From positions 95,921 through 159,920 of the IMG/VR virus record IMGVR_UViG_3300022752_000020: 64,000 nucleotides of DNA. One strand, given 5' to 3'. This document shows positions 43,339 to 53,374 of the stretch, piece after piece; the stretch's first letter is position 1; the number at the start of each line of letters is the position of its first letter. Under the pieces are notes generated by a model. The model saw only the letters and a list, made by a program, of their open reading frames with translations, was not told where the DNA came from and made no database searches. Both the position numbers and the translations under genes were made by a program. Origin of the DNA: a virus.

Positions 43339-44246
43339 AAGTAGGAATTTTTTATACCAGTATAAGTGATTGGCGTACTGCTTCCTTAAAAACGTCAAGA
43401 TTGATAGATTTTGGCTTGGGAGTGGTAGCTGCTGGGGACGAAATCGTTAATTTTAAAAAACATGAACAAAAAATTTTAGATATTGACGCAGGATTTATTT
43501 TAGGCTATACTTTAGGTGAAAATTTTAGAAGTAAAATTATTAGAAACTTAAAATCTAGAGATATTCCTATAATTTACATAGATAGTAATATTTTTAACTA
43601 CGGAAAAAAAGATAATCATTGTTATAGATACAGTGTTAATGGAGTTTACCCAACAGATGGTGAATATTTTTTAAGTTTACCAAAAGACCCAACAAAATTA
43701 GATAAACTTTTAGCTATGCATGACTTAGAAATTAAACCATGGCGTCAAAATGGTAATCATATTGTAATTTTAGGTCAAAGAACTGAAGGTTGGAACATGT
43801 TAGGACATAATGGCATCAAATGGGTGTGCAATATGGTGGGAAGAGTGAGAGAAATAACTGATAGACCAATCACAGTGAGGCTTCATCCAGGTGATAGTGG
43901 CCATAATAAGGCAAATGTTGAAAGAATAAGAAAAAGATTCGGTCATACTGTGAATGTTCGTACTGGAGGTGACATAAAAGATGATTTGGCTGATGCTTGG
44001 TGTTGTGTAGGATTCAATAGTACACCAAATTGTGTCAGTGTAATAGAAGGTATCCCAGTTTATCTTGATGAGCCTACTAATAGTTGGGCCAAGGATGTGG
44101 GATTTACTAATCTTGAGCAACTTTCTGACCCGCCAATGCCTGACAGAAATGAATGGCTTCATAAAATTGCACATATACATCATACTGGTGACGAAATTCT
44201 CCAAGGAGTATATTGGAACAAGTTTAAAAGCTATTATAAACTTTGA
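43335..44246 (+). CDS. Capsule-synthesis (KpsC/KpsS-like) putative sugar transferase
   Basis: ILGQ, VRLHP and NST...SVIEGIPV motifs; next to kdsA. Confidence 0.5.
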   Translation: MKVGIFYTSISDWRTASLKTSRLIDFGLGVVAAGDEIVNFKKHEQKILDIDAGFILGYTLGENFRSKIIRNLKSRDIPIIYIDSNIFNYGKKDNHCYRYSVNGVYPTDGEYFLSLPKDPTKLDKLLAMHDLEIKPWRQNGNHIVILGQRTEGWNMLGHNGIKWVCNMVGRVREITDRPITVRLHPGDSGHNKANVERIRKRFGHTVNVRTGGDIKDDLADAWCCVGFNSTPNCVSVIEGIPVYLDEPTNSWAKDVGFTNLEQLSDPPMPDRNEWLHKIAHIHHTGDEILQGVYWNKFKSYYKL

Positions 44247-45037
44247 TATTTTTTAATTTCACTGAGCCAAGTTTGATTATCTTTTAAGTTTCCCTTGGCA
44301 CACCATATAAAACTAGTTTCGCCCATATCGAAGTCAACAAATGCTTGATCTAATGGTGCTCTTTTATATTTGGCTAGGGCAACATCTAAAGTTTCCTGAT
44401 CTAAAAACCAATAGAATAAATCTTTTTGATATTCTTCAATAATTAAATTGGCATGATCACGAATTAGCTTAAAACTAGCGTCAGTTCCAGTATAAAAAAT
44501 AGTACTAGCTAAATGTTGAGGCCATGGAACATGCTTTTTATGTTTTTTTATATATACATGAATGTCATATTCATTAGTAGGAAGAACAAAAGGCATCCTT
44601 ACCAAACTGTCAACGTCTAAAAGTATGACATAGGTCGGTTTTTGTAAAAGTTGCCACAGTCTAACAAATCTTGTACAGGCGTAATAAGTTTTTACCAGAT
44701 ATTTCCAAAGTTCTTTGTCATCTCTTTTGCCACTTTGCATTTTTGCCTTACGTCTTATTAGTTCAAAATCATAATAAGGCCTTTTATATATTTGGTGGGC
44801 TCGTTCAACTAATTTTTCATCAAAGAATTCAAAACTATAACTTACATTATTACTTTCGCAATAGATTTTTGTAGCATCACTTGGGTTATATATATGAATA
44901 TGTATAGGATGATTAAAATTTTCTTTGATACTGGCTATAAGAGTTTTGGCATGAAGATTAAAATAGACCTCGTCAGCGGCCATATAAAAAACTATGGAAT
45001 TTTGGGGGAATTCTCCTATGAAATTCGGCGTATTCAT
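44234..45037 (-). CDS. Putative glycosyltransferase (GT-A-like)
   Basis: YYACTRF, LLDVDSL and WFLDQ..L motifs; likely ATG at 45037. Confidence 0.55.
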   Translation of the reverse strand: MNTPNFIGEFPQNSIVFYMAADEVYFNLHAKTLIASIKENFNHPIHIHIYNPSDATKIYCESNNVSYSFEFFDEKLVERAHQIYKRPYYDFELIRRKAKMQSGKRDDKELWKYLVKTYYACTRFVRLWQLLQKPTYVILLDVDSLVRMPFVLPTNEYDIHVYIKKHKKHVPWPQHLASTIFYTGTDASFKLIRDHANLIIEEYQKDLFYWFLDQETLDVALAKYKRAPLDQAFVDFDMGETSFIWCAKGNLKDNQTWLSEIKKYQSL

Positions 45038-45039
45038 GA

Positions 45040-45051
45040 TTAAATATTTAA
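45040..45051. promoter_or_regulatory. Palindromic bidirectional late-promoter box TTAAATATTTAA
   Basis: TAAATA on both strands within the 17-bp gap between the divergent ATGs at 45037 and 45055. Confidence 0.5.
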
Positions 45052-45054
45052 CAT

Positions 45055-45903
45055 ATGAAAATTTCCTACTTTGAAAATCAAACAGCACAACAGAGTGAAC
45101 CAGTGTGGCAGGGATTTTTAGAAGCCTGTAAAAAATTAGGTATTGAGCCTGTAGCAAATTCTTTAGATTGTGACTGTGCCTTAATTTGGAGTGTACTGTG
45201 GCGTGGTAGAATGCAGAAAAATCAAGAAATCTACAATCACTATAGAAATTTAGGTAAGCCTGTTTTTATTCTTGAAGTCGGAAGTTTGATCAGAGGACAA
45301 ACTTGGAAGGTCAGTGTAAACAATATTACTCGAGATGGAATTTATGCTCATAATGAAAACTTTATACCAGATAGAGACAAAAAATTAGGTATTAAATTAA
45401 ACGATGTCACTCCTAATAATAACAAACCTATATTGATAGCCGGACAGCATGATCAAAGTTTACAATGGACATATTCTGGATCATGTAAGGATTGGATGAG
45501 ACAAAAAATTCTTGAGATTAGAAAATATACAGATCAAAAAATCATCGCTAGGCCTCACCCACGTAACTATCTTGGTCAAGATTTTGGCCATAATGTCATT
45601 CTTGATACACCTAAGAAATTATTAGGCACTTATGACAAGTTTGATTTAAGTTTCAACTATAAGGCAATCATAAATTTTAATAGTGGTGTAGGTATACAAA
45701 GTATTATCAATGGCTGTCCCTTAATCTGTGATGAATCTAGCCTAGCCTATGAACAAAGTGATATGCTGTCTAATATAGACTCCCCAAGAATTTTAGATAG
45801 AAGCAGTTGGTTTAATGCCATACTACATACTGAATGGACCATTGAAGAAATTAATGAAGGAACACCTCTTAGAAGGTTATTGAGTAAAGTAGACTTGACA
45901 TAG
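45055..45903 (+). CDS. Capsule-synthesis (KpsC/KpsS-like) putative sugar transferase
   Basis: LIAGQ, ARPHP and NSGVGIQSIINGCP motifs; resembles the 43335 gene. Confidence 0.5.
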   Translation: MKISYFENQTAQQSEPVWQGFLEACKKLGIEPVANSLDCDCALIWSVLWRGRMQKNQEIYNHYRNLGKPVFILEVGSLIRGQTWKVSVNNITRDGIYAHNENFIPDRDKKLGIKLNDVTPNNNKPILIAGQHDQSLQWTYSGSCKDWMRQKILEIRKYTDQKIIARPHPRNYLGQDFGHNVILDTPKKLLGTYDKFDLSFNYKAIINFNSGVGIQSIINGCPLICDESSLAYEQSDMLSNIDSPRILDRSSWFNAILHTEWTIEEINEGTPLRRLLSKVDLT

Positions 45904-45923
45904 CTTATCTAATTTTATACAAT
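45895..45923 (+). promoter_or_regulatory. Sigma70-type promoter
   Basis: TTGACA (45895-45900), 17 bp, TACAAT (45918-45923); ATG 6 nt downstream. Confidence 0.75.
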
Positions 45924-45929
45924 ATACAT

Positions 45930-47114
45930 ATGAATACAGTTGATGATTTAATTTATTCTTTAAAACAAATAGGTTTCGATAATATCAATTCATCCATACC
46001 TCTTAAAGATAGAAAAATACTGAAAAATATATCATCTATGATGACTAAGGATTTGTATATTACGGAATCCCAATCTAATCTAGTATTAAAAATCTTAAAA
46101 GAAAATCAAGAACACTTAGGAAATTTTAAAGACTCTGTGCTAGAATTATTGGCAATGCCAATGTGGAAAAAAGAATTTAGAGTTAATGAAAAAATTCGTC
46201 AAATCTCACTAAAATACTCAAAAAATGAGGAAGCACAAATTCTAGTTGAATTTAGTTTTGATAAAGAAATCAAAAAAATATTGTCTATTATTAACTCTCA
46301 ATTGAAATATGAAAAGCATGATTTAAATAATAAAGGCTACATATACTCATTGTCAGAAAAAAATATAGTAACTTTATATGATCAGTTGTCCCCACTAAAA
46401 TTTAAGTTTTCCGATGATTTTTTGGAATTATATGAAAAAATTTCTAAACTTGATTTAAAACAAGTCCAAGAAAAATTTGAATTTGACCACCTTTATAAGA
46501 GTAAATTAGAACCAAATAATCATAAAATAGATACTACTAACCAGTTAATTGTTTTAGATCAAAAAATACGGTACCAGTACAATTTCAATGGTGAGTTTGA
46601 CGAAAATACAAAAAATAGTTTAGAATATAAGATAGCCAACAGAGTACAAAATAAAGTTTTTATCAATAGTAACATAGTCAATTTTAATACTCTTTTAACC
46701 GCACTGTCTAATCTTAGTAGAAATCGAATTTTGATAATTTTTGACGATTTTTCACCTATCAATAGTATACATTCAATTGAAAAATTGATAAAATTTTTAG
46801 AGTCAAATATTCAAGAATATAATACTGGAATTTATTTTAGATTTGATAACAAACAAGAAGGACTAGCATTTAACAAGATTATATCACAATATTCACTGAA
46901 TAAAAAATTAGATAACGATACTGACATAGTAGGTATTGGTAATGGAAAACTACCAAAATTCATGCTACACAGTAGTTGGTATCCAGATGCTGTAATCAGT
47001 TTTACCAATAGCCTTAGAAACAATAAATGTGATGTTTATTGTAATGACTGTGACCTGATAATTTATCATTTACCTGTAAAGCCATTAATATCAAATGTAC
47101 ATGAAATCCTGTAA
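45930..47114 (+). CDS. Hypothetical protein
   Basis: 394-aa ORF with its own promoter, overlapping the helicase start. Confidence 0.8.
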   Translation: MNTVDDLIYSLKQIGFDNINSSIPLKDRKILKNISSMMTKDLYITESQSNLVLKILKENQEHLGNFKDSVLELLAMPMWKKEFRVNEKIRQISLKYSKNEEAQILVEFSFDKEIKKILSIINSQLKYEKHDLNNKGYIYSLSEKNIVTLYDQLSPLKFKFSDDFLELYEKISKLDLKQVQEKFEFDHLYKSKLEPNNHKIDTTNQLIVLDQKIRYQYNFNGEFDENTKNSLEYKIANRVQNKVFINSNIVNFNTLLTALSNLSRNRILIIFDDFSPINSIHSIEKLIKFLESNIQEYNTGIYFRFDNKQEGLAFNKIISQYSLNKKLDNDTDIVGIGNGKLPKFMLHSSWYPDAVISFTNSLRNNKCDVYCNDCDLIIYHLPVKPLISNVHEIL

Positions 47115-48567
47115 ATTAATAATAAAAGATGAAGTAAACATTAAATTTGAGGGGTTGCCATTAGAAGCACGTCGTAAGTTAGCCAACACCTTCAAATATG
47201 TATTGCCCTATGCACGTTTCCAACCTGCTTACAAGTTAGGACGTTGGGATGGTACAACTAGCCTATTTGGTATTGGAGGATCAGGGTACTTAACACACAT
47301 AGAAAAAATACTTGGGGTATTGGATTCTATGGATATCGAAGTAACTGATATTGAAGATCACAGATCCAGTAAACAAATCAGTTTTACTCCGGTAACTGAA
47401 ACATATTGGGCTGATCAGGGTAAGGTATGGCCTAAAGGTCATCAACAAGAAGGTCAACCTATATTGCTACGTGACTATCAAGTAGATGCTATAAACAATT
47501 TCCTTCAATATCATCAAAGCCTACAAGAGATTGCTACTGGTGCTGGTAAAACTATTACCACTGCTACTTTAAGCCAACTATGTGAGCCATATGGAAGGAC
47601 TATCACCATAGTACCAAACAAAAGTCTAGTTGAACAAACTGAAGAAGATTTTCGTAATGTAGGATTGGATGTTGGTGTGTATTATGGTGATCGTAAAGAA
47701 TTAAATTGTACGCATACAATATGCACTTGGCAAAGTTTAAACATATTGGATAAAAAAAGTAAAAATGGAGAAACAGATCAACTTACATTGGCTGAATTTT
47801 TAGATGGGGTTACTGCTGTAATTGTTGACGAAGTACACATGGCCAAAGCAGAGGTATTGAAAAATTTGTTAACACGTAACCTAAATAATGCTTGTATACG
47901 TTGGGGCCTAACTGGAACTGTGCCTAAAGAACCTTATGAACATGAACAAATTTTCGCCAGTATCGGTCCACTAGTTGGTGGCATTAAAGCTAGTGAATTA
48001 CAAGAGCGAGGAGTCCTTAGTAATTGTCATGTGAACATTGTACAACTTGTTGACTTACCTGAATTTAAAAATTATGCAGATGAACTAAAGTATCTTGTTA
48101 CAGATGAAACTAGGATGATTTATATTAGCAAATTTATTAAGAATGTAGCAGAGAAAGGCAATACATTAGTATTAGTAAATAGAATTGACACAGGCAAATT
48201 TATAGTAAATGAATTAGAAGGCAGCGTATTCATATCAGGCAATGTAAAGACAAAAGATAGGAAAGAAGAATATGACGAAGTGGCAACGAGTCAAAATAAA
48301 GTCATCGTCGCAACCTACGGTGTGGCGGCAGTTGGCATCAATATTCCTCGCATTTTTAATTTGGTTCTTATTGAGTCTGGCAAGTCCTTTGTACGTGTTA
48401 TACAAAGCATTGGCAGGGGTATCCGTCGAGCGGAGGACAAAGACCATGTTGAAATCTGGGATGTAACCAGCACCTGTAAGTTCAGCAAACGACATCTTAC
48501 AGAACGTAAAAAATATTATAAGGAAGCCCAATATCCATTCAGTATTCAAAAAATGGACTGGCAATAA
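47101..48567 (+). CDS. SF2 DNA helicase (UvsW-like)
   Basis: LRDYQ, ATGAGKT, DEVH, GLTGT, GINIP, QSIGRGIR. Confidence 0.9.
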   Translation: MKSCKLIIKDEVNIKFEGLPLEARRKLANTFKYVLPYARFQPAYKLGRWDGTTSLFGIGGSGYLTHIEKILGVLDSMDIEVTDIEDHRSSKQISFTPVTETYWADQGKVWPKGHQQEGQPILLRDYQVDAINNFLQYHQSLQEIATGAGKTITTATLSQLCEPYGRTITIVPNKSLVEQTEEDFRNVGLDVGVYYGDRKELNCTHTICTWQSLNILDKKSKNGETDQLTLAEFLDGVTAVIVDEVHMAKAEVLKNLLTRNLNNACIRWGLTGTVPKEPYEHEQIFASIGPLVGGIKASELQERGVLSNCHVNIVQLVDLPEFKNYADELKYLVTDETRMIYISKFIKNVAEKGNTLVLVNRIDTGKFIVNELEGSVFISGNVKTKDRKEEYDEVATSQNKVIVATYGVAAVGINIPRIFNLVLIESGKSFVRVIQSIGRGIRRAEDKDHVEIWDVTSTCKFSKRHLTERKKYYKEAQYPFSIQKMDWQ

Positions 48568-48569
48568 TC

Positions 48570-49076
48570 ATGCAAATACTAACATTAGAAAACAAATTAT
48601 TCTCATTAAACAATTTACCAGACGAAGTAGATGAAAACACAAGATTCGCTGTATTAGACAATAGTGATCCAAAAAATCCAGACTTCTTCTTTGTACCATT
48701 GATATTTTTAGAAAGTTTTAACAGCCCAGCTATAGTGTTAAAAATAGGTGATCAAGAAATCAGTATGCCTATAGATTGGAGCATTGTTGTAGGAGATGGC
48801 ACTAGCAGTGTGGACGCTGAAATATTACCTCTAACTAGCCTAAATGATCGAGGATTTGATGCTGTAATTTTTAACCCTTTGAGCAGTTTCAAAATTGAAT
48901 ATAAGCCAATTGAGATTGTAAATTTTTATAATGATGTCAAATGGTATTTTCCTAAAATGCGTAATAACCATTTACTAGTAACTCCATTGAATTACGAAGA
49001 AAAGCCAGAATGTGCATTTTTTGTTAAAGAAGTAAGTAGGCAAAGTGAGCTGATTGATATTGGTAGGATTCTTTGA
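48570..49076 (+). CDS. Hypothetical protein
   Basis: 168-aa ORF in the operon. Confidence 0.75.
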   Translation: MQILTLENKLFSLNNLPDEVDENTRFAVLDNSDPKNPDFFFVPLIFLESFNSPAIVLKIGDQEISMPIDWSIVVGDGTSSVDAEILPLTSLNDRGFDAVIFNPLSSFKIEYKPIEIVNFYNDVKWYFPKMRNNHLLVTPLNYEEKPECAFFVKEVSRQSELIDIGRIL

Positions 49077-49303
49077 TGGGGGAGATTTTTGAAAGTCCAG
49101 ACGGTGGTCATACAGTATATGTAAGGAAACCTAATAGCACCGAAAGAGCTCTTGTCAGTATGGATCAATATGCTATAGATAGGAGAAATCAATTAGAATG
49201 GAATGAAATATGGTATAAAAAAGATTCCAACCCTGCTTTACAAAAGGCTGTTGAACGTGTTATAATGATCTATAGATTAGGTAAAGAAGATGGCAAAACT
49301 TGA
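49076..49303 (+). CDS. Hypothetical protein
   Basis: IFESPDGGHTVY motif; TGATG coupling. Confidence 0.7.
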   Translation: MGEIFESPDGGHTVYVRKPNSTERALVSMDQYAIDRRNQLEWNEIWYKKDSNPALQKAVERVIMIYRLGKEDGKT

Positions 49304-49754
49304 ATTAAAAGACATACTCAGTGCAGTAGATCAAGGCGGTAAAGACCTTTGGGATTTATTCACTGATGAACAAAAAAAGAGCGTAAGTTTCTTTTTATTG
49401 AACAGATATGTTAGTAGTGTAAAAACTAGTAAAAGAGAAGTTCAAGAACACTATGTATTATCAACAAACGAATTTTATAATAAACACTGGTCATTGTTTA
49501 ATAAACATCCTAAATTACTTTGGCAGTTATTGTGTTGTTGTGGATATGAAAATAAACAAGAATATTTTCATGAATGGATTGGTTTTAAAAAGAAAAAGGG
49601 CGAAACTAAAAAATTAAAATTTTTACAGGATATATATCCAGATAGAAAACTGTGTGACCTAGAAATCCTAGCTGAAATCAATGGTGTGAAAGAACTTAAA
49701 AATTTAGCTAAAGACTTAGGTTGGGACGATTCACAAATTCAAAAATATTTTTAA
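49290..49754 (+). CDS. Clamp-loader small subunit-like protein (gp62-like)
   Basis: FLLNRYVS...N...LWQLL...HEWIGFKKK pattern; in the replication block. Confidence 0.55.
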   Translation: MAKLELKDILSAVDQGGKDLWDLFTDEQKKSVSFFLLNRYVSSVKTSKREVQEHYVLSTNEFYNKHWSLFNKHPKLLWQLLCCCGYENKQEYFHEWIGFKKKKGETKKLKFLQDIYPDRKLCDLEILAEINGVKELKNLAKDLGWDDSQIQKYF

Positions 49755-50434
49755 TGAATCAAGCATTTATTTGTAATCATTGTCAAAGTAAATTTACTAA
49801 GGAAAAAACTTTGATGGTGCATATGTGTGAACAAAAAAGACGCCATTTTGCTAAAAATGAAAAACATGTACAAATGGGCTTTCTAAGCTATTGTAGATTT
49901 TACAAATTATCACAGAAATTTGAAGGACAAAAAAGTTATGATGATTTTGCTAGAAGCCAATATTATAACGCTTTTGTTAAATTTGGTAGCTTTCTACACA
50001 ATGTAAATCCTTTGTATCCAGAATATTTTATTGATTATGTAGTGGTCAGTGGAGTAAAACTTGATCACTGGTGTAATGAAAAATTATATGAATCCTATGT
50101 TCTTGAACTAATAAAAAACGAAAGTGTAGAAACTGCACTGCAAAGAAGCATAGCTACTATGATGGATTGGGCAGATGATCATAGTAGCATATGGAATCAT
50201 TATTTTCTATACGCTAGCCCGACTAGAGCTACCTTTGATATTAAAGATGGAAAAGTGAGTCCTTGGCTATTGTTAAATAGTACTGGTGGTAGAAAATTAT
50301 TAACACAATTTAGCGATGAACAGTTAGCAGAACTCAGTAATACTATAGATCCAGAATTTTGGGTTAAAAAGTTTCGTTCAAACTCAGATGATCTTGATCT
50401 AGTCAAACATGTTGTAAAGGAACATAACTTATGA
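49754..50434 (+). CDS. Hypothetical protein with N-terminal zinc finger
   Basis: CNHC..KF....TL..HMC; ATG at 49754 in a TAATG overlap. Confidence 0.7.
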   Translation: MNQAFICNHCQSKFTKEKTLMVHMCEQKRRHFAKNEKHVQMGFLSYCRFYKLSQKFEGQKSYDDFARSQYYNAFVKFGSFLHNVNPLYPEYFIDYVVVSGVKLDHWCNEKLYESYVLELIKNESVETALQRSIATMMDWADDHSSIWNHYFLYASPTRATFDIKDGKVSPWLLLNSTGGRKLLTQFSDEQLAELSNTIDPEFWVKKFRSNSDDLDLVKHVVKEHNL

Positions 50435-50607
50435 GTACTGAAGTAAAAGAAATACCATTAGACATAGAAGTTAGGCTAGTCGAAGAAGATAAGGCAGTTT
50501 ACGTACAGTTCACTGGTTTTGAAACTGTAGAGGATGCTAAGGAATATACTGAATTTTTGGCAGATAATTTACCATTACTAATGTTTAACAGTGAGGTCAA
50601 GCACTGA
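50431..50607 (+). CDS. Small acidic protein, 58 aa (not in the ORF track)
   Basis: MSTEVKEIPLDIEV...FNSEVKH; ATGA and TGATG overlaps fill the gap exactly. Confidence 0.7.
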   Translation: MSTEVKEIPLDIEVRLVEEDKAVYVQFTGFETVEDAKEYTEFLADNLPLLMFNSEVKH

Positions 50608-51185
50608 TGCCTGACATCGACATCGATTTTGCCAATAGAGATCAAGCACTAAATTTGATACCTCATATCAAGGCAAGACGTGAAGGACCTGATGGGGTAG
50701 CTGTACATAATACAGGTATATATGTTCAAAGTATACCTTATGACCCTTTGACAAAAATAGCAGGCATAGAATACAAACAAGCCGAACAACGTGGCTATTT
50801 TAAAATAGATTTTCTCAATGTTAACATCTACAAAGATGTACAAAATGAAGCTCATTTAACACAATTAATGGAGACAGAACCACTATGGGAACTATTACTA
50901 CAAGACGAGTTTACGGATCTACTATTTCATTTGAAAGGGCATGGGACTATTCTGAAGAAGACCCAACCTACTTCCGTGGAACAATTAGCTGCCGTCCTCG
51001 CTATGATCCGACCATCCAAGAGGCACTTGATTGGAAAATCATGGCCCGAGATCATGATGGAAGTTTGGACGAAACCAGAGAATGACGAGTATTATTTTAA
51101 GAAGCCACATGCTGTAGCCTATGCTATGGCTGTAGTAGTACAGATGAATTTAATTTGTGAAAGCTTGAGTTATGATTATAGTTAG
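50607..51185 (+). CDS. Miniature DNA polymerase III alpha (DnaE)-like protein
   Basis: PDIDIDF, HNTGIY, FKIDFL, AMIRP and YYFKKPHAVAYA match the DnaE palm and finger motifs in order. Confidence 0.8.
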   Translation: MPDIDIDFANRDQALNLIPHIKARREGPDGVAVHNTGIYVQSIPYDPLTKIAGIEYKQAEQRGYFKIDFLNVNIYKDVQNEAHLTQLMETEPLWELLLQDEFTDLLFHLKGHGTILKKTQPTSVEQLAAVLAMIRPSKRHLIGKSWPEIMMEVWTKPENDEYYFKKPHAVAYAMAVVVQMNLICESLSYDYS

Positions 51186-51556
51186 ATCTTTCTAACTAAT
51201 TCAACACTACGACGTTTAGCTCTTTTTAAACTCATATTAAGTAAGTTTACTGTGGGACCTAATACTATACGAACACCTTTACTATTGAAAGTTTTAATAC
51301 AATATTTGAATATATCTATCTCAGCTTTCAAAAATATATTGATGGGTATTTGACGATTACTTTCCCACCACCAAGTTTCGCCCATCAGAATGAATTGATT
51401 TTTTTCTTCTGGTGTTCGTATAGCATCAATATCGTAGAAAGTTGTAACAAATTGATCTTGATTAATTATGATCCCAACATATTCCTGCTCACCATAGTTT
51501 AACACGCTGATAAAGGGTAATTGCTCTTTTGTTGTATCTCTTAGCTTTTTAGCCAT
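51182..51556 (-). CDS. Hypothetical protein
   Basis: 124-aa ORF with WWWESNRQIPINIFL. Confidence 0.7.
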   Translation of the reverse strand: MAKKLRDTTKEQLPFISVLNYGEQEYVGIIINQDQFVTTFYDIDAIRTPEEKNQFILMGETWWWESNRQIPINIFLKAEIDIFKYCIKTFNSKGVRIVLGPTVNLLNMSLKRAKRRSVELVRKI

Positions 51557-51563
51557 ATAAATA
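51556..51563 (+). promoter_or_regulatory. Late promoter box TATAAATA
   Basis: Exact T4 late consensus upstream of the 51579 gene. Confidence 0.6.
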
Positions 51564-51578
51564 ATGTTAGGAGTCCAA

Positions 51579-52394
51579 ATGCATAAAATTCAAGTTTATT
51601 TATATCCAAATCGTATAACTGTACTTACCAATTTGGATAATAATTCAGCTAATACGGAGTGGCGAATAGTGTACCAGCGTAACGTAAAAATATATAAAGG
51701 CATTGATAATGTCATAGAAATAGAAGTAAAAAATCATGATCAGAAACGTATTGAGATTGGTAATGATCTATTAAAACTAGTTTTAATGGATCAAAGTCGA
51801 AACCTCATTGGTACTTATACCGCAGAAAATATGGAAGACAGTACACAAGTAGGCCTTGCACGAATTACTATACCTACATCTGACTTAGACGACTTGGATC
51901 CACAATTTTTGAAATTTGCTGTACTAAAAGATCAAATGATGGGTCCTGAAGTGCTAACTTATACTGATAGTCAATACGGTGCTGTTGGAACTATGCAATT
52001 ATTAAATGGACTTAATTATATTACCACTAGCACTAAAGTATATGATAGGTTTACTCAAGAGACTAACTACACTGCTGGAAGATGGGAAGACCGAAAAACT
52101 TACTACAATAGCGAAGGCATTAGCTTAAATGATTATAGAGCCAAAAAAATAACAGAAGTTAAATTAAAAATTAAAATGACTAATTTCTACGGAACTGTAA
52201 AGGTTGAAGGTACAAAAACTGAAGTTATTGGTAATGAATCATTTAGAAACCCTGCAATACTTTTAAACTTTACTTGGGATGGATATAATGGGATTTGGAC
52301 AACAGATCCATTGCCTATTGATGATTTAAATTATTTAAGAGTTAGATATATTAAAACAGCCGGATCACTTGATTCAGTTAGTCTTCTAGTGTAA
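51579..52394 (+). CDS. Hypothetical late protein
   Basis: AGGAG RBS before the ATG at 51579; late box upstream. Confidence 0.7.
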   Translation: MHKIQVYLYPNRITVLTNLDNNSANTEWRIVYQRNVKIYKGIDNVIEIEVKNHDQKRIEIGNDLLKLVLMDQSRNLIGTYTAENMEDSTQVGLARITIPTSDLDDLDPQFLKFAVLKDQMMGPEVLTYTDSQYGAVGTMQLLNGLNYITTSTKVYDRFTQETNYTAGRWEDRKTYYNSEGISLNDYRAKKITEVKLKIKMTNFYGTVKVEGTKTEVIGNESFRNPAILLNFTWDGYNGIWTTDPLPIDDLNYLRVRYIKTAGSLDSVSLLV

Positions 52395-52397
52395 AAT
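52369..52397 (+). promoter_or_regulatory. Sigma70-type promoter for the primase operon
   Basis: TTGATT, 17 bp, TAAAAT; ATG 5 nt downstream. Confidence 0.55.
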
Positions 52398-52402
52398 AAG
52401 GA

Positions 52403-53374
52403 ATGAACCTTATTGCTGATACTATATTAAGTCATTTACCTTACAGTCGAAAGACCACTCCAAGTGGATGGATCAGCTTTAATGCTATTTGTTGTAGTGA
52501 TCGTCGTAATAGAGGCGGCTTCATTATAGATGGGGAAAGTTTAAGTTACCACTGTTTTAACTGTGGATTTAAGGCAAGTTGGCAACCAGGGCGTAGTATT
52601 AGTGTAAAAATGAGACAGTTGCTACAATTATTATCAGTACCAACAGATATAATCAGTAAAATATATATTGAAGCAATGCGTCTTAAAGATACAGAAATAG
52701 TTGAACAAGAATTACATGTTCCAAAGTTTGTACCTAAGACATTACCCAGAGGTAGCAAACGAATCATTGATTTACTTGATGACCCAAGCGACCAATTAAT
52801 ATCAGTGATAGAATATATATACAGTAGAGCTTTGACCTTAGAGGACTATGATTTTTATTGGAGTTCAGAAGAAGGTTTTGACAATAGATTAATTATTCCC
52901 TATTACTTTAGAAATCAAATTGTAGGATATACCTGTAGAAGAATTGATGAAGGTAAGGCAAAATATCTAGCAGAGCAACAACCAGGTTATGTGTTCAATT
53001 TAGATCGTCAAAATTATCATAGACAATTTATTATTGTTTGTGAAGGGCAGTTTGATGCTATTAGTATAGATGGAGTTGCTGTAATGAGTAACGAAATCAA
53101 TAAACAACAAAGTATGTTAATTAATCAATTAGGTAAAAAAGTTGTTGTTGTTCCTGATAGAGATCAAGCAGGTTTAAAAATTATAGAAAGTGCATTAGAC
53201 AATAATTATAAGGTAAGTATGCCAGATTGGGATAATGATATAAAAGATATTAACGATGCAGTTAAATATTATGGCAAACTAAAAACTCTTTTGATTATTA
53301 AAAATGCAATATTAGAAAGTGAATTAAAAATTAAACTTAGGAGCAGAGAATGGTTAAAATCTTTAGAATTTTGA
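52403..53374 (+). CDS. DNA primase (gp61-like)
   Basis: Zinc-binding CC...YHCFNCG, RLIIPYY, TOPRIM CEGQFDA and PDRD, KDIND. Confidence 0.9.
   Translation: MNLIADTILSHLPYSRKTTPSGWISFNAICCSDRRNRGGFIIDGESLSYHCFNCGFKASWQPGRSISVKMRQLLQLLSVPTDIISKIYIEAMRLKDTEIVEQELHVPKFVPKTLPRGSKRIIDLLDDPSDQLISVIEYIYSRALTLEDYDFYWSSEEGFDNRLIIPYYFRNQIVGYTCRRIDEGKAKYLAEQQPGYVFNLDRQNYHRQFIIVCEGQFDAISIDGVAVMSNEINKQQSMLINQLGKKVVVVPDRDQAGLKIIESALDNNYKVSMPDWDNDIKDINDAVKYYGKLKTLLIIKNAILESELKIKLRSREWLKSLEF

Noticed and set aside
45038-45157. N-terminal extension of the 44234 ORF to 45157
   Set aside because: It would overlap the divergent 45055 gene; the ATG at 45037 fits the shared promoter.
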